From: Candidatus Saccharimonadota bacterium
GTDB lineage: Bacteria; Patescibacteriota; Microgenomatia; UBA1406; GWC2-37-13
Reading direction: 5' to 3'
DNA length: 32,000 nt
NCBI GenBank assembly: GCA_016700135.1
Contig: CP065004.1
Location: 1,200,001-1,232,000 of the forward strand
Both the position numbers and the translations under genes were made by a program. Of this stretch, positions 25,217 to 32,000 are shown in pieces. Position 1 is the stretch's first letter, and every line of letters begins with the position of its first letter. The notes beneath the pieces were generated by a model. That model worked only from the letters and a program-made list of their open reading frames with translations. It did no database searches and was not told the origin of the DNA.

Positions 25217-25302
25217 AAGCTTGTAACCGAAAATTTGTTCGGAAGTGAACTCTCCGCCAGCTGGCGGATCGAACATCCACTTCACTCACAAATTTTGATT
25301 AC
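25217..25302 (+). repeat. Intergenic hairpin repeat, module M1, copy B
   Basis: AAGCTTGTAACC lead-in. Nested stems GTAACCGAAAATTTGT/ACAAATTTTGATTAC and GAAGTG/CACTTC surround the tip CCGCC-AGCT-GGCGG (25254-25267). About 95% identical to copy C by eye. Confidence 0.85.
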
Positions 25303-25330
25303 TGCGCTTAACAAGTAGCTTTTCTGTGTG

Positions 25331-25417
25331 CTCGATGAAATTTTTTTGCGACTTGGGAGGTGCGCAGCTGACAGATTCTGGCGAGCACGCCCACAGAGCT
25401 AAAAAAATCACATCGAG
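25331..25417 (+). repeat. Intergenic hairpin repeat, module M2, copy B
   Basis: CTCGATGAAATTTTTTTGCGACTTGGGAGGTGC...GCACGCCCACAGAGCTAAAAAAATCACATCGAG. The basal stem is CTCGATG/CATCGAG, T7 pairs with A7, and the inner stem is GGG(AG)GTGC/GCAC(G)CCC. The apical loop is variable. Confidence 0.85.
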
Positions 25418-25520
25418 ACTAAAGAATTTACTTAGAATCCCGAACCTGTTCATAAGACGATAAACCAGAGCTCAGAATTCGGGATGACAAATACATGTCA
25501 ATATATCAACAATCTTCTTA

Positions 25521-26639
25521 TGAATAAGTTACGAAAGATATGGCACTCATAGGGAACTAACATCTATGAGTAAATGGGGAGGAGATCAGCTTCGAGTAAT
25601 TAGGAGTTATGACTGGCAGTACAATAGAGATCTTATGAAAAAGATACGATCTCTATCAGACTACAATCAGTCAGATGTAGCACAAATCAGAAACGATGTT
25701 CTGACATTTGCAGAGAAGTACGGGATACAAGCTGCAGTTGATGCATATGGGATATCACGAAGGACATTGTTTCGATGGAGGAAGAGACGGCGAGATTCAG
25801 AAGGGCAGTTGGATAGCCTGATACCAGAGACAACCAAGCCAAAGACACCCCGACGTATGGAGACTCACCCGAAGGTCATATCCTTTATCAAAGAGATTCG
25901 AGAACAATACTTTTGTTTGGGAAAGGAGAAGATCAAGCCCTTACTTGATGAGTATTGCCTACAGGAAGGAATTTCAACTATATCTGAGTCAACCATTGGA
26001 AAAGTGATCAAAAGACACAACCTGCAGCGCAAGACCTACCGGATCTATCACAATCCAGCAAGTGGCTTTGCAAAACGGAAAGTAAAGTACCGACAGAAGG
26101 TCAAGCGGTCTCCCAAGGTGGAAGATACCGGATACATTGAGATTGATACCATCACGAAGTTTGTACACGGAATCAAGCTGTATGTCTTCAATGCAGTGGA
26201 CATCAAACTCAAATTCCAGTTCTCCTACGGATACTCAAAACTCAACAGCCGAAACGGTGCTGATTTTATGAGAAGACTGGAACTAGTATACCCAATACAA
26301 GATGGTATAAAAACCATACAAACAGATAACGGCCTCGAGTATCTGGGAAACTTCCATGACTATCTGGAAGAAAACAATATCCCACACCTCTTTATCTACC
26401 CCAGATGTCCCAAGATCAATGCCTTTATTGAGCGAGCAAACAGAACACTCCAGGAAGAATTTATGAACCCCTACATCTATACCAAGTGGACCGGTATCGG
26501 ATCATTCAATCGTCACCTTATTGAATACCTCGTCTGGTACAATACAAAGCGAGTTCACAAAAGCCTGAACAATATTTCACCTATGGATTACCTATTATCT
26601 ATTTTACCTAAAGAGTGCCATATGTATGGAACTCATACA
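25521..26639 (+). mobile_element. IS481-like insertion sequence, copy 2 (1119 bp) with a 5-bp target-site duplication
   Basis: Identical by visual comparison to 6875..7993. Flanked by the direct repeat TCTTA (25516-25520 and 26640-26644). Confidence 0.92.
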
Positions 26640-26648
26640 TCTTATTGA
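25566..26648 (+). CDS. IS481-family DDE (rve) transposase
   Basis: 360 aa, identical to the copy 1 protein through residue 358 (..HMYGTHT). The last 2 codons and the stop come from flanking DNA. Confidence 0.9.
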   Translation: MSKWGGDQLRVIRSYDWQYNRDLMKKIRSLSDYNQSDVAQIRNDVLTFAEKYGIQAAVDAYGISRRTLFRWRKRRRDSEGQLDSLIPETTKPKTPRRMETHPKVISFIKEIREQYFCLGKEKIKPLLDEYCLQEGISTISESTIGKVIKRHNLQRKTYRIYHNPASGFAKRKVKYRQKVKRSPKVEDTGYIEIDTITKFVHGIKLYVFNAVDIKLKFQFSYGYSKLNSRNGADFMRRLELVYPIQDGIKTIQTDNGLEYLGNFHDYLEENNIPHLFIYPRCPKINAFIERANRTLQEEFMNPYIYTKWTGIGSFNRHLIEYLVWYNTKRVHKSLNNISPMDYLLSILPKECHMYGTHTSY

Positions 26649-26673
26649 CAATTTTGTACAGCTGTACTAAATT
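26645..26673 (+). promoter_or_regulatory. lexA promoter (TTGACA-N17-TAAATT)
   Basis: -35 TTGACA at 26645-26650, a 17-bp spacer, and -10 TAAATT at 26668-26673, 29 nt upstream of the lexA ATG. Confidence 0.6.
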
Positions 26674-26699
26674 GAAGTATACTATTAGTTCAGCTGTAC
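26656..26699 (+). promoter_or_regulatory. Two candidate LexA operators (GTAC-N4-GTAC type)
   Basis: A perfect 12-bp palindrome GTACAGCTGTAC (26656-26667) lies inside the promoter spacer. A second near-copy, GTTCAGCTGTAC (26688-26699), ends 3 nt before the ATG. Confidence 0.55.
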
Positions 26700-26702
26700 G
26701 AT

Positions 26703-27266
26703 ATGAAAGACGACAAATACGACATCCTAAGACGGTTCTACTTTAAATACCACTACATTCCGTCATTCCGTGAAATGAAAGACCTCTTTCACCTGCAGTC
26801 TCCCGGTGCAGTCGGCTACTGGATCAACCACTGGAAAGAAGAAGGATTTTTGGAAGTAAACAAAGAAAAGCTTATTCCGACGGACCGTTTTTTTGAATTT
26901 CCCCTTCTGGGTTCCATTCAGGCGGGTTTCCCGCAGGATGAACAGGAGAATTACGAGACGGTAACGCTTGTTCCGTTTACGATTGAAAATCCTGCCGACA
27001 CCTATGTTCTGAAGGTCAGAGGAGATTCAATGGAAGGCGCCGGAATCATAGAAGGAGACCTTGTCGTTTTGGACAAATCCCTCCGTCCCCAAACGGCCGA
27101 CATCGTCGCCGCTTTTATTGATGATGAATGGACACTCAAATACTATTTTGATAAAAACGGAAGAATATATTTGAAGGCCGCAAATAAAAAATATCCTGAC
27201 ATTTTCCCGAAGCGTAAGCTTGAAATCGGCGGCGTTGTCATCAAGGTTGTCAGAGAATACCGATAA
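26703..27266 (+). CDS. lexA: LexA-type SOS repressor (S24 peptidase)
   Basis: 187 aa. N-terminal winged HTH (IPSFREMKDLFHLQSPGAVGYWINHWKEEGFL). Ala-Gly cleavage site in GSIQAGFP. Catalytic Ser in VRGDSMEGAGI and Lys in DEWTLKYY. Confidence 0.85.
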   Translation: MKDDKYDILRRFYFKYHYIPSFREMKDLFHLQSPGAVGYWINHWKEEGFLEVNKEKLIPTDRFFEFPLLGSIQAGFPQDEQENYETVTLVPFTIENPADTYVLKVRGDSMEGAGIIEGDLVVLDKSLRPQTADIVAAFIDDEWTLKYYFDKNGRIYLKAANKKYPDIFPKRKLEIGGVVIKVVREYR

Positions 27267-27445
27267 CTATAAGCTTACATATCCCTTACTCCGAGGTACA
27301 GTTTGATACATTGCATTGATTTGAGCTCAATACTATAGTTTGTGTATAGAACTCACGCTCAATATCGGTACAATTTTCTTCTCTCTCTTCATAAAAAACA
27401 GTCTATTGTCGTCACATCAATTATCATTTTATTTTTTTGTGTTTT

Positions 27446-27934
27446 ATGTCAGAATTTTTCACACCGGCTGAGGTCCTTGAAAAACCGTGGGTCGTATATG
27501 AACTCCCTTATTTCCATGATGAATGGGAAGAGTGGAATAAAAGACTGCCAAAGAATTTGAGTCTCGTACATCATATCGGGAGCCGTGCATACTGGGAGAC
27601 ATTGATTTGGACAGAAGACGGAAGATATATGAATCTCCATTCCCACAACTTTGCACCGTTCGGTGTGCAGTTTGAAGAGGATGAGTATCGTGAGGCATTT
27701 GCCGTGGCAAAAAAACTCGCGAAGGACAAACGGGTTCATCATGTCAGATATGATCTTGAAGGCGCTGTGGAAGAGACGTGGAGAAACACTGCATTCAGGC
27801 ATATCCACGGACACTCAATGCACAAAATTCCCCCTGATCAACTGGCAACGGAATATATTGAAGTAAACGGAGAGTTCTGGCATATTCGGGAGTTTTACGA
27901 ATCGCAGCTTGCCGCAAATATAGGAAATTCTTGA
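27446..27934 (+). CDS. Hypothetical Trp/His-rich protein
   Basis: The ORF track opens at a TTG (27437), and the first ATG is at 27446 (MSEFFTPAE...). 162 aa with no recognisable motif. Confidence 0.5.
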   Translation: MSEFFTPAEVLEKPWVVYELPYFHDEWEEWNKRLPKNLSLVHHIGSRAYWETLIWTEDGRYMNLHSHNFAPFGVQFEEDEYREAFAVAKKLAKDKRVHHVRYDLEGAVEETWRNTAFRHIHGHSMHKIPPDQLATEYIEVNGEFWHIREFYESQLAANIGNS

Positions 27935-27996
27935 GCTTAGGGGAAATGGAAAAACCACTCACGATTCTATACGTGATCCTTCCCCTAACTCAAGAA
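27928..27996. repeat. 17/18-bp inverted repeat forming a long hairpin over the stop codon of the 27446 gene
   Basis: TTCTTGAGCTTAGGGGAA (27928-27945) pairs with TTCCCCTAACTCAAGAA (27980-27996) with one bulged C. The loop is 34 nt and no T-run follows. Confidence 0.6.
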
Positions 27997-28109
27997 TCTG
28001 TAGGATCGATCCTTATGGGTTACAATATTTTTCATATTGTAGTTACTAATCATACCTTCAAATAGTTCAAGAAATGGTAAAAGTGATGTAAGGAACAGGT
28101 AAGAGGAAA

Positions 28110-28799
28110 CTACACTCTCTCGAGTATGGGATGGGGAAAAAGTACTGCGGTGATTTCATCAAAACTGCGGGCCTGAGGAACCGTACCGTTCACAAACTCC
28201 CTCGGCGGGACAAACTCCGTGGAGATGATGATTCCATCAACAGCACCCTTCAAAAAAACTTCGTAGTCGGAATAACCGTCACCTATCATTATCTTCTGGC
28301 CTTCCAATCCCAGACCTTTGATAAGTTCGGCTTTTCCGCCGGAGCGGGAGAGCGGATTCTCCGTATCACAACCCGTCACGAATCCCTCCCCGTCAAATAA
28401 AAATGTATTGGCAAAGACATGGTCCTCTTTGAACCCGATTTCATCAACGATCGGGACAATAATTTCCATGAAGCCGCCTGATACAACAAAAAATTCGTTC
28501 TGATGTGATCGTATAAAGTCCCGTTGTCTTACAAGTGAAGGGCTGACTGACTGCCTCAATATATCAGTGGCCTGAGCGATGTGCTCCCGGTGCGGTCGCA
28601 TGAGCTGAAGCCTTCGGGCAAGTGATTCCTCAAAAGGGATTTCATTGTTCATCCCCATCTGTGTGATCCGCTCAATTTCAGCGACAATATCCTCTCTGTC
28701 AGGATTTCCATCAAGGACAACCGAAGCAAGAAGCGGAAGGGATTCCGGTCCCACAATCGTACCGTCAAAATCGAAGATTACATTCATAGTTTCAAACAT
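28110..28799 (-). CDS. HAD-IB family hydrolase (phosphoserine phosphatase-like)
   Basis: The ORF track extends to 29507 antisense to kamA. The real start is at MFETMNVIFDFDGT (28799) or MNV (28787), which puts HAD motif I DFDGT at the N-terminus. Motif II is VVSGG, the motif III Lys is in SGGKAE, and motif IV is IGDGYSD. Confidence 0.8.
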   Translation of the reverse strand: MFETMNVIFDFDGTIVGPESLPLLASVVLDGNPDREDIVAEIERITQMGMNNEIPFEESLARRLQLMRPHREHIAQATDILRQSVSPSLVRQRDFIRSHQNEFFVVSGGFMEIIVPIVDEIGFKEDHVFANTFLFDGEGFVTGCDTENPLSRSGGKAELIKGLGLEGQKIMIGDGYSDYEVFLKGAVDGIIISTEFVPPREFVNGTVPQARSFDEITAVLFPHPILERV

Positions 28800-28868
28800 T
28801 ATATATGATTCCCGTAAATCAGGTTTTCTTTTTAAGCAAGATTGGACGAATAATGGTTCCGCTATAAT

Positions 28869-29912
28869 ATGAGCTTTATGAACAGAGAAGATTTTATTTT
28901 TTCCTCCCAACAGCTTTCGGAGTATTTGAAATCGAAGGGTATCAAATTCAATCCTGAAGAGATACACATAACGGAAAATAAGCATTTTTATCTTTTGATT
29001 CCGAAATACTATATTGACCTGATCGACTGGTCCGATCCTCACGATTCTCTGAAAAAGATGGTTCTTCCCAACAGTCTTGAAGATAGAATATACGATTATG
29101 AACTGCAGGATCCGATCGGTGATCATGTTCATGAGCCGGTTCCCGGCATTGTGCACCGTTATCCTGACCGATGTCTGTTGATGCTGACCAACGTCTGTGC
29201 CGTACATTGCCGTTTCTGTTTCAGAAAAAATCTTCTTGATACCAACAAAGCACATTATGAAGATGCGATGATGTACATTGAAAAGCATGAAGGACTCAGA
29301 GAAGTTATTCTTTCGGGAGGAGACCCGTTCATGCTTACCGATCACTTTTTGAAAAAGGTTATCGACCGCCTCACTGGTGTCAAACATCTCAGCATCATCA
29401 GATTTCACACACGTACACCGGCGGTGTATCCGAAACGGGTGACCCAAGAGTTTCTGGAATGCATAACGGGACAAAAGCAAACCATCGTTGTCATCCATAT
29501 CAACCATCCGCGGGAGATAACGGAAGAATTTGTCGGAAGGGTAACGGAAATGAAAAATCGCGGGATCATGCTTCTTTCACAGACCGTCCTTATGAAAGAT
29601 ATCAATAACACTGCTGAAACTCTGTCCTCGCTTTTCACGCAATTGGCCAATATCGGAGTAAAGCCCTACTATCTCCATCACCTCGACCCGGCTGCAGGTA
29701 CTCATCACTTCCGTGTCTCAGTCGAAGAAGGAAAAAAGATCTATCAGTCAATCCGGGGCAAAATATCAGGATACTGTATCCCCGAATACGTCATCGACAC
29801 CCCCGGAGGCCACGGCAAAATCCCCGTCATGTGGTTTGAAAAAATATCTGAAAAAGAATATCAGGCTGTCAATTTTCAAGGGAAAACGATTCGATATACG
29901 GACCATTACTAA
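28869..29912 (+). CDS. KamA-family radical SAM aminomutase (lysine 2,3-aminomutase/EpmB-like)
   Basis: 347 aa. CxxxCxxC cluster CAVHCRFCFRK, then ILSGGDPF, HINHPREIT and PYYLHHLD. Its size is closer to EpmB (YjeK) than to clostridial KamA. Confidence 0.85.
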   Translation: MSFMNREDFIFSSQQLSEYLKSKGIKFNPEEIHITENKHFYLLIPKYYIDLIDWSDPHDSLKKMVLPNSLEDRIYDYELQDPIGDHVHEPVPGIVHRYPDRCLLMLTNVCAVHCRFCFRKNLLDTNKAHYEDAMMYIEKHEGLREVILSGGDPFMLTDHFLKKVIDRLTGVKHLSIIRFHTRTPAVYPKRVTQEFLECITGQKQTIVVIHINHPREITEEFVGRVTEMKNRGIMLLSQTVLMKDINNTAETLSSLFTQLANIGVKPYYLHHLDPAAGTHHFRVSVEEGKKIYQSIRGKISGYCIPEYVIDTPGGHGKIPVMWFEKISEKEYQAVNFQGKTIRYTDHY

Positions 29913-29963
29913 TTCCGTCCCGATAAACTCGTTGTCAACCAGCGGAACATGATTTGGAACTGT

Positions 29964-30049
29964 AAGCTCGTAACCAAAAATTTGTTCGGAAGTGAACTCT
30001 CCGCCAGCTGGCGGATCGGACATCCACTTCGCTCACAAATTTTGATTAC
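29964..30049 (+). repeat. Intergenic hairpin repeat, module M1, copy C
   Basis: AAGCTCGTAACC lead-in. Stems GTAACCAAAAATTTGT/ACAAATTTTGATTAC and GAAGTG/CACTTC surround the tip CCGCC-AGCT-GGCGG (30001-30014). Confidence 0.85.
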
Positions 30050-30069
30050 TTCGCTTTAATAAAAGCGAA

Positions 30070-30157
30070 GATACCGATTTTTTTTGCGACTTGGGAGGTG
30101 CGCAGCTTATATATTCCGGCGAGCACGCCCACAGAGCATAAAAAAATCGTATCGAGC
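30070..30157 (+). repeat. Intergenic hairpin repeat, module M2, copy C
   Basis: GATACCGATTTTTTTTGCGACTTGGGAGGTGC...GCACGCCCACAGAGCATAAAAAAATCGTATCGAGC. The basal stem GATACCGA/TCGTATC differs from copy B but remains complementary. Confidence 0.85.
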
Positions 30158-30173
30158 AATAAAATCATCCCCC

Positions 30174-31991
30174 TTACCACCACTCATCATCCTCAACGGC
30201 CTCATACTCCTCCTCATCCTCTTTTCTGATAAACCGTGACTTCATCGCCTCATTCCGGCGCCCGAAAATCATCCGCCTCCTGGCATGGGTGATGTACAGT
30301 TTGTCTTTTGCCCGCGTTATCCCCACATAAAACAATCGCCGTTCCTCTTCAAGCTGATGCAGATCATCAATTGACCGTGAATGGGGAAGTATCCCCTCTT
30401 CAAGTCCCGTGATAAATACATAATCAAACTCCAACCCCTTTGCCTGGTGAAGAGTCATCAGACGTACACCGTCTTTACTTTTTCCTCCCTTTTCCCCTTC
30501 AAAATACTCAGATTCGACCAGTGCCACCTGCTCGAGAAACTCGACGATATTCGGGAAACTGAGAGCAACGGATTTCAGCTCCTTGATGTTTTCAAGTCTG
30601 GCATAGTCTTCGGGAATATCAGGATCATACAGGCCGAGATACTCCGTCGATTCGAACACCTGATCCATAAGTTCGATTGTCGGAATTTCCTCAACGTTTT
30701 CTTTGATATTCAGATACAGATCTTTGAACGCACTGAATCTTCTTTTCCCGATTTTTTTGACCCTTTCCAATGCTACCGTATCTTCAGGATGCAGGAACAA
30801 CCGTAAATACGAAAGTATGTCTTTAATTTCTTTTCGTTCATAAAACCTTGTCCCGCCAATCAATGTATACGGGATCCCGTAATGAAGAAATACCTCTTCG
30901 ATCGCACGTGACTGTGCGTTCGTCCGATACAGGACGGCAATGTCTGAGTATTGCGCTTTATTTGCGAGCTGCTGTATCACGTTTGCGATATAAATCGCCT
31001 CATCTTCTTCATTGTCAGCCGTATAGTACGTGATTTCTTCTCCGCCGTCGGCCTCGGTAAAAAGCTGCAGGATCGGATGGGTCTGATTTTCGGATATGAC
31101 TTCATACGCAAAATCGAGAATGTTTTGGGTAGAGCGATAATTTTGTTCCAGATTGATGACAACTGCTTCCGGAAAATCTTCACTGAATTTTTCAAGGTTC
31201 CTGATATCGGCACCGCGCCATGAATAAATACTCTGAGAGAAGTCACCGACAACCGTAATATTTTTGTGCTTTTCAGCAAGTTTTTGTGTCAGGACATACT
31301 GAGCGACGTTTGTGTCCTGGAACTCATCCACCAGAAGAAATTGATACCTGTCCTGATATTTTTCCAAAACGGGAGGATGTTTGCTGAAAAGCTCAACCAC
31401 CTTCATGATAAGATCGTCAAAATCCAGTGCATGATTTTTCTTCAATTCTTTCTGATACTGGTGATAAACCTCGGCTACTTCAGCGGCTTTGTAATATGAA
31501 AACAGTTCGAGATAATGACCCGGTGTGATAAGCTGATTTTTCGCTTCGGAGATTTTTGAAGAAAAGAAGCGCGGCGAGTATTTTGTGTTTATATTTTTCA
31601 AAATCTGCTTCAATACCTGCTGCTGATCGTCATCATCATAAATGACAAAATCACGCGGAATACCGATATGCTCTCCGTCGCGTCTGAGAAGCATACAGCA
31701 AAATGAATGAAAGGTCCCGACATAGCCGAGTGTTGCTTCATTTCCCGTCGATTTTGCGATCCTCTCTTTCATCTCACGTGCAGCTTTATTGGTGAAAGTG
31801 ATCATCACGATTTGATGAGGGTCAACCTGATGATTTTCAATAAGATTCAGGACTTTATGAATAAGGACTCTCGTCTTGCCCGATCCCGCCCCGGCAAGCA
31901 CCACCGACGGGCCTTCCACAATTTTGACTGCCTGCTGTTGCTGGGTATTTAAGCCTTTGAGTACATCGACCATAGAGTATAATGATACCAA
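30174..31991 (-). CDS. UvrD/PcrA/Rep-family SF1 DNA helicase (short form)
   Basis: 605 aa. Motif I AGAGSGKTRVL, motif II LLVDEFQDTN, VVGDFSQSIYSWRGA, LEQNYRST, MTLHQAKGLEFDYVFI and YVGITRAKDKL. Acidic tail ending in WW. The start is 9 nt from the window end. Confidence 0.9.
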   Translation of the reverse strand: MVSLYSMVDVLKGLNTQQQQAVKIVEGPSVVLAGAGSGKTRVLIHKVLNLIENHQVDPHQIVMITFTNKAAREMKERIAKSTGNEATLGYVGTFHSFCCMLLRRDGEHIGIPRDFVIYDDDDQQQVLKQILKNINTKYSPRFFSSKISEAKNQLITPGHYLELFSYYKAAEVAEVYHQYQKELKKNHALDFDDLIMKVVELFSKHPPVLEKYQDRYQFLLVDEFQDTNVAQYVLTQKLAEKHKNITVVGDFSQSIYSWRGADIRNLEKFSEDFPEAVVINLEQNYRSTQNILDFAYEVISENQTHPILQLFTEADGGEEITYYTADNEEDEAIYIANVIQQLANKAQYSDIAVLYRTNAQSRAIEEVFLHYGIPYTLIGGTRFYERKEIKDILSYLRLFLHPEDTVALERVKKIGKRRFSAFKDLYLNIKENVEEIPTIELMDQVFESTEYLGLYDPDIPEDYARLENIKELKSVALSFPNIVEFLEQVALVESEYFEGEKGGKSKDGVRLMTLHQAKGLEFDYVFITGLEEGILPHSRSIDDLHQLEEERRLFYVGITRAKDKLYITHARRRMIFGRRNEAMKSRFIRKEDEEEYEAVEDDEWW

Positions 31992-32000
31992 ATCATTAGT

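Noticed and set aside
25217-25302. M1 hairpins could be integron attC sites (imperfect palindromes directly 3' of ORFs, all in the same orientation).
   Set aside because: The ends (TTGTAAC / GATTACT) do not fit the RYYYAAC / GTTRRRY core consensus. No intI gene or attI is present in the window. The intervals between copies contain several genes on both strands, not single promoterless cassettes.
25331-25417. M2 could be a bidirectional rho-independent terminator because it carries T and A runs.
   Set aside because: The T-run is 5' and the A-run is 3' of the hairpin in both orientations. This is the opposite of terminator geometry, so the runs more likely extend the stem. A real terminator (25140-25172) already precedes copy B.
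6875-26639. The two IS copies could form a composite transposon carrying the 17.5-kb segment.
   Set aside because: The outer flanks do not match (CTATC on the left of copy 1, TCTTA on the right of copy 2). Copy 2 has its own perfect 5-bp TSD, so it inserted independently. The internal segment includes ordinary chromosomal genes at native GC.
28800-29507. The ORF track shows a 465-aa minus-strand ORF (28110..29507), whose N-terminal ~235 codons run antisense to the KamA-family gene without a stop.
   Set aside because: The extension has junk-like composition. The recognisable HAD domain begins with motif I (DFDGT) immediately after internal Met codons at 28799 and 28787. The opposite strand encodes a well-supported radical SAM enzyme. 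It is treated as a chance stop-free antisense frame.
20358-30157. The repeated ~200-bp units could be a CRISPR array or DGR template/variable repeats.
   Set aside because: There are only three widely spaced copies (about 5 kb apart), with no short regular spacers. No cas or reverse-transcriptase gene is present. The differences are not adenine-specific and the copies are non-coding.
1-32000. Search for tRNA, rRNA, tmRNA or known riboswitch-like sequences in the intergenic regions.
   Set aside because: No cloverleaf-compatible segments or rRNA-like conserved blocks were recognised by eye. This is a visual negative only and should be confirmed with tRNAscan-SE and Infernal.

Overview
This is a 32-kb window from a bacterial genome of about 45% GC by eye (no exact GC values computed). 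About 30 genes are supportable. All functional calls come from motif recognition, since no database search was possible. There are many lineage-specific orphan ORFs, and no rRNA, tRNA or CRISPR array. Housekeeping genes: membrane-anchored cyclophilin, upp, tspO, a YgjP-like metallohydrolase, an S8 protease, a CaCA antiporter, lexA, a HAD phosphatase, a KamA/EpmB-type radical SAM enzyme and a UvrD/PcrA helicase. Accessory content has three parts. (1) Two apparently identical 1119-bp IS481-like insertion sequences lie in direct orientation (6875-7993 and 25521-26639). (2) A visibly lower-GC island of about 8 kb (7994 to about 16090) starts at the first base after IS copy 1. It carries a minus-strand type I R-M operon, hsdM-[ABC/OLD-type ATPase]-hsdS-hsdR. 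The ATPase is the best candidate for an undescribed module: it resembles the PrrC/RloC arrangement of a defence gene carried inside an R-M locus, has an unrecognised C-terminal part, and is split by an apparent frameshift between Walker B and the H-loop. hsdS carries three perfect 12-bp repeats in its spacer helix. (3) A family of long, self-complementary intergenic repeats has two modules. M1 is tipped by CCGCC-N4-GGCGG. M2 is a hairpin closed by a T-run and an A-run. Three full copies sit 3' of genes (about 20.4, 25.3 and 30.0 kb), plus one partial copy at 2.5 kb. The outer stems covary and M2 is inverted in one copy. lexA has a strong promoter with two GTAC-type palindromic operators, and IS copy 2 sits 5 bp upstream of its -35.
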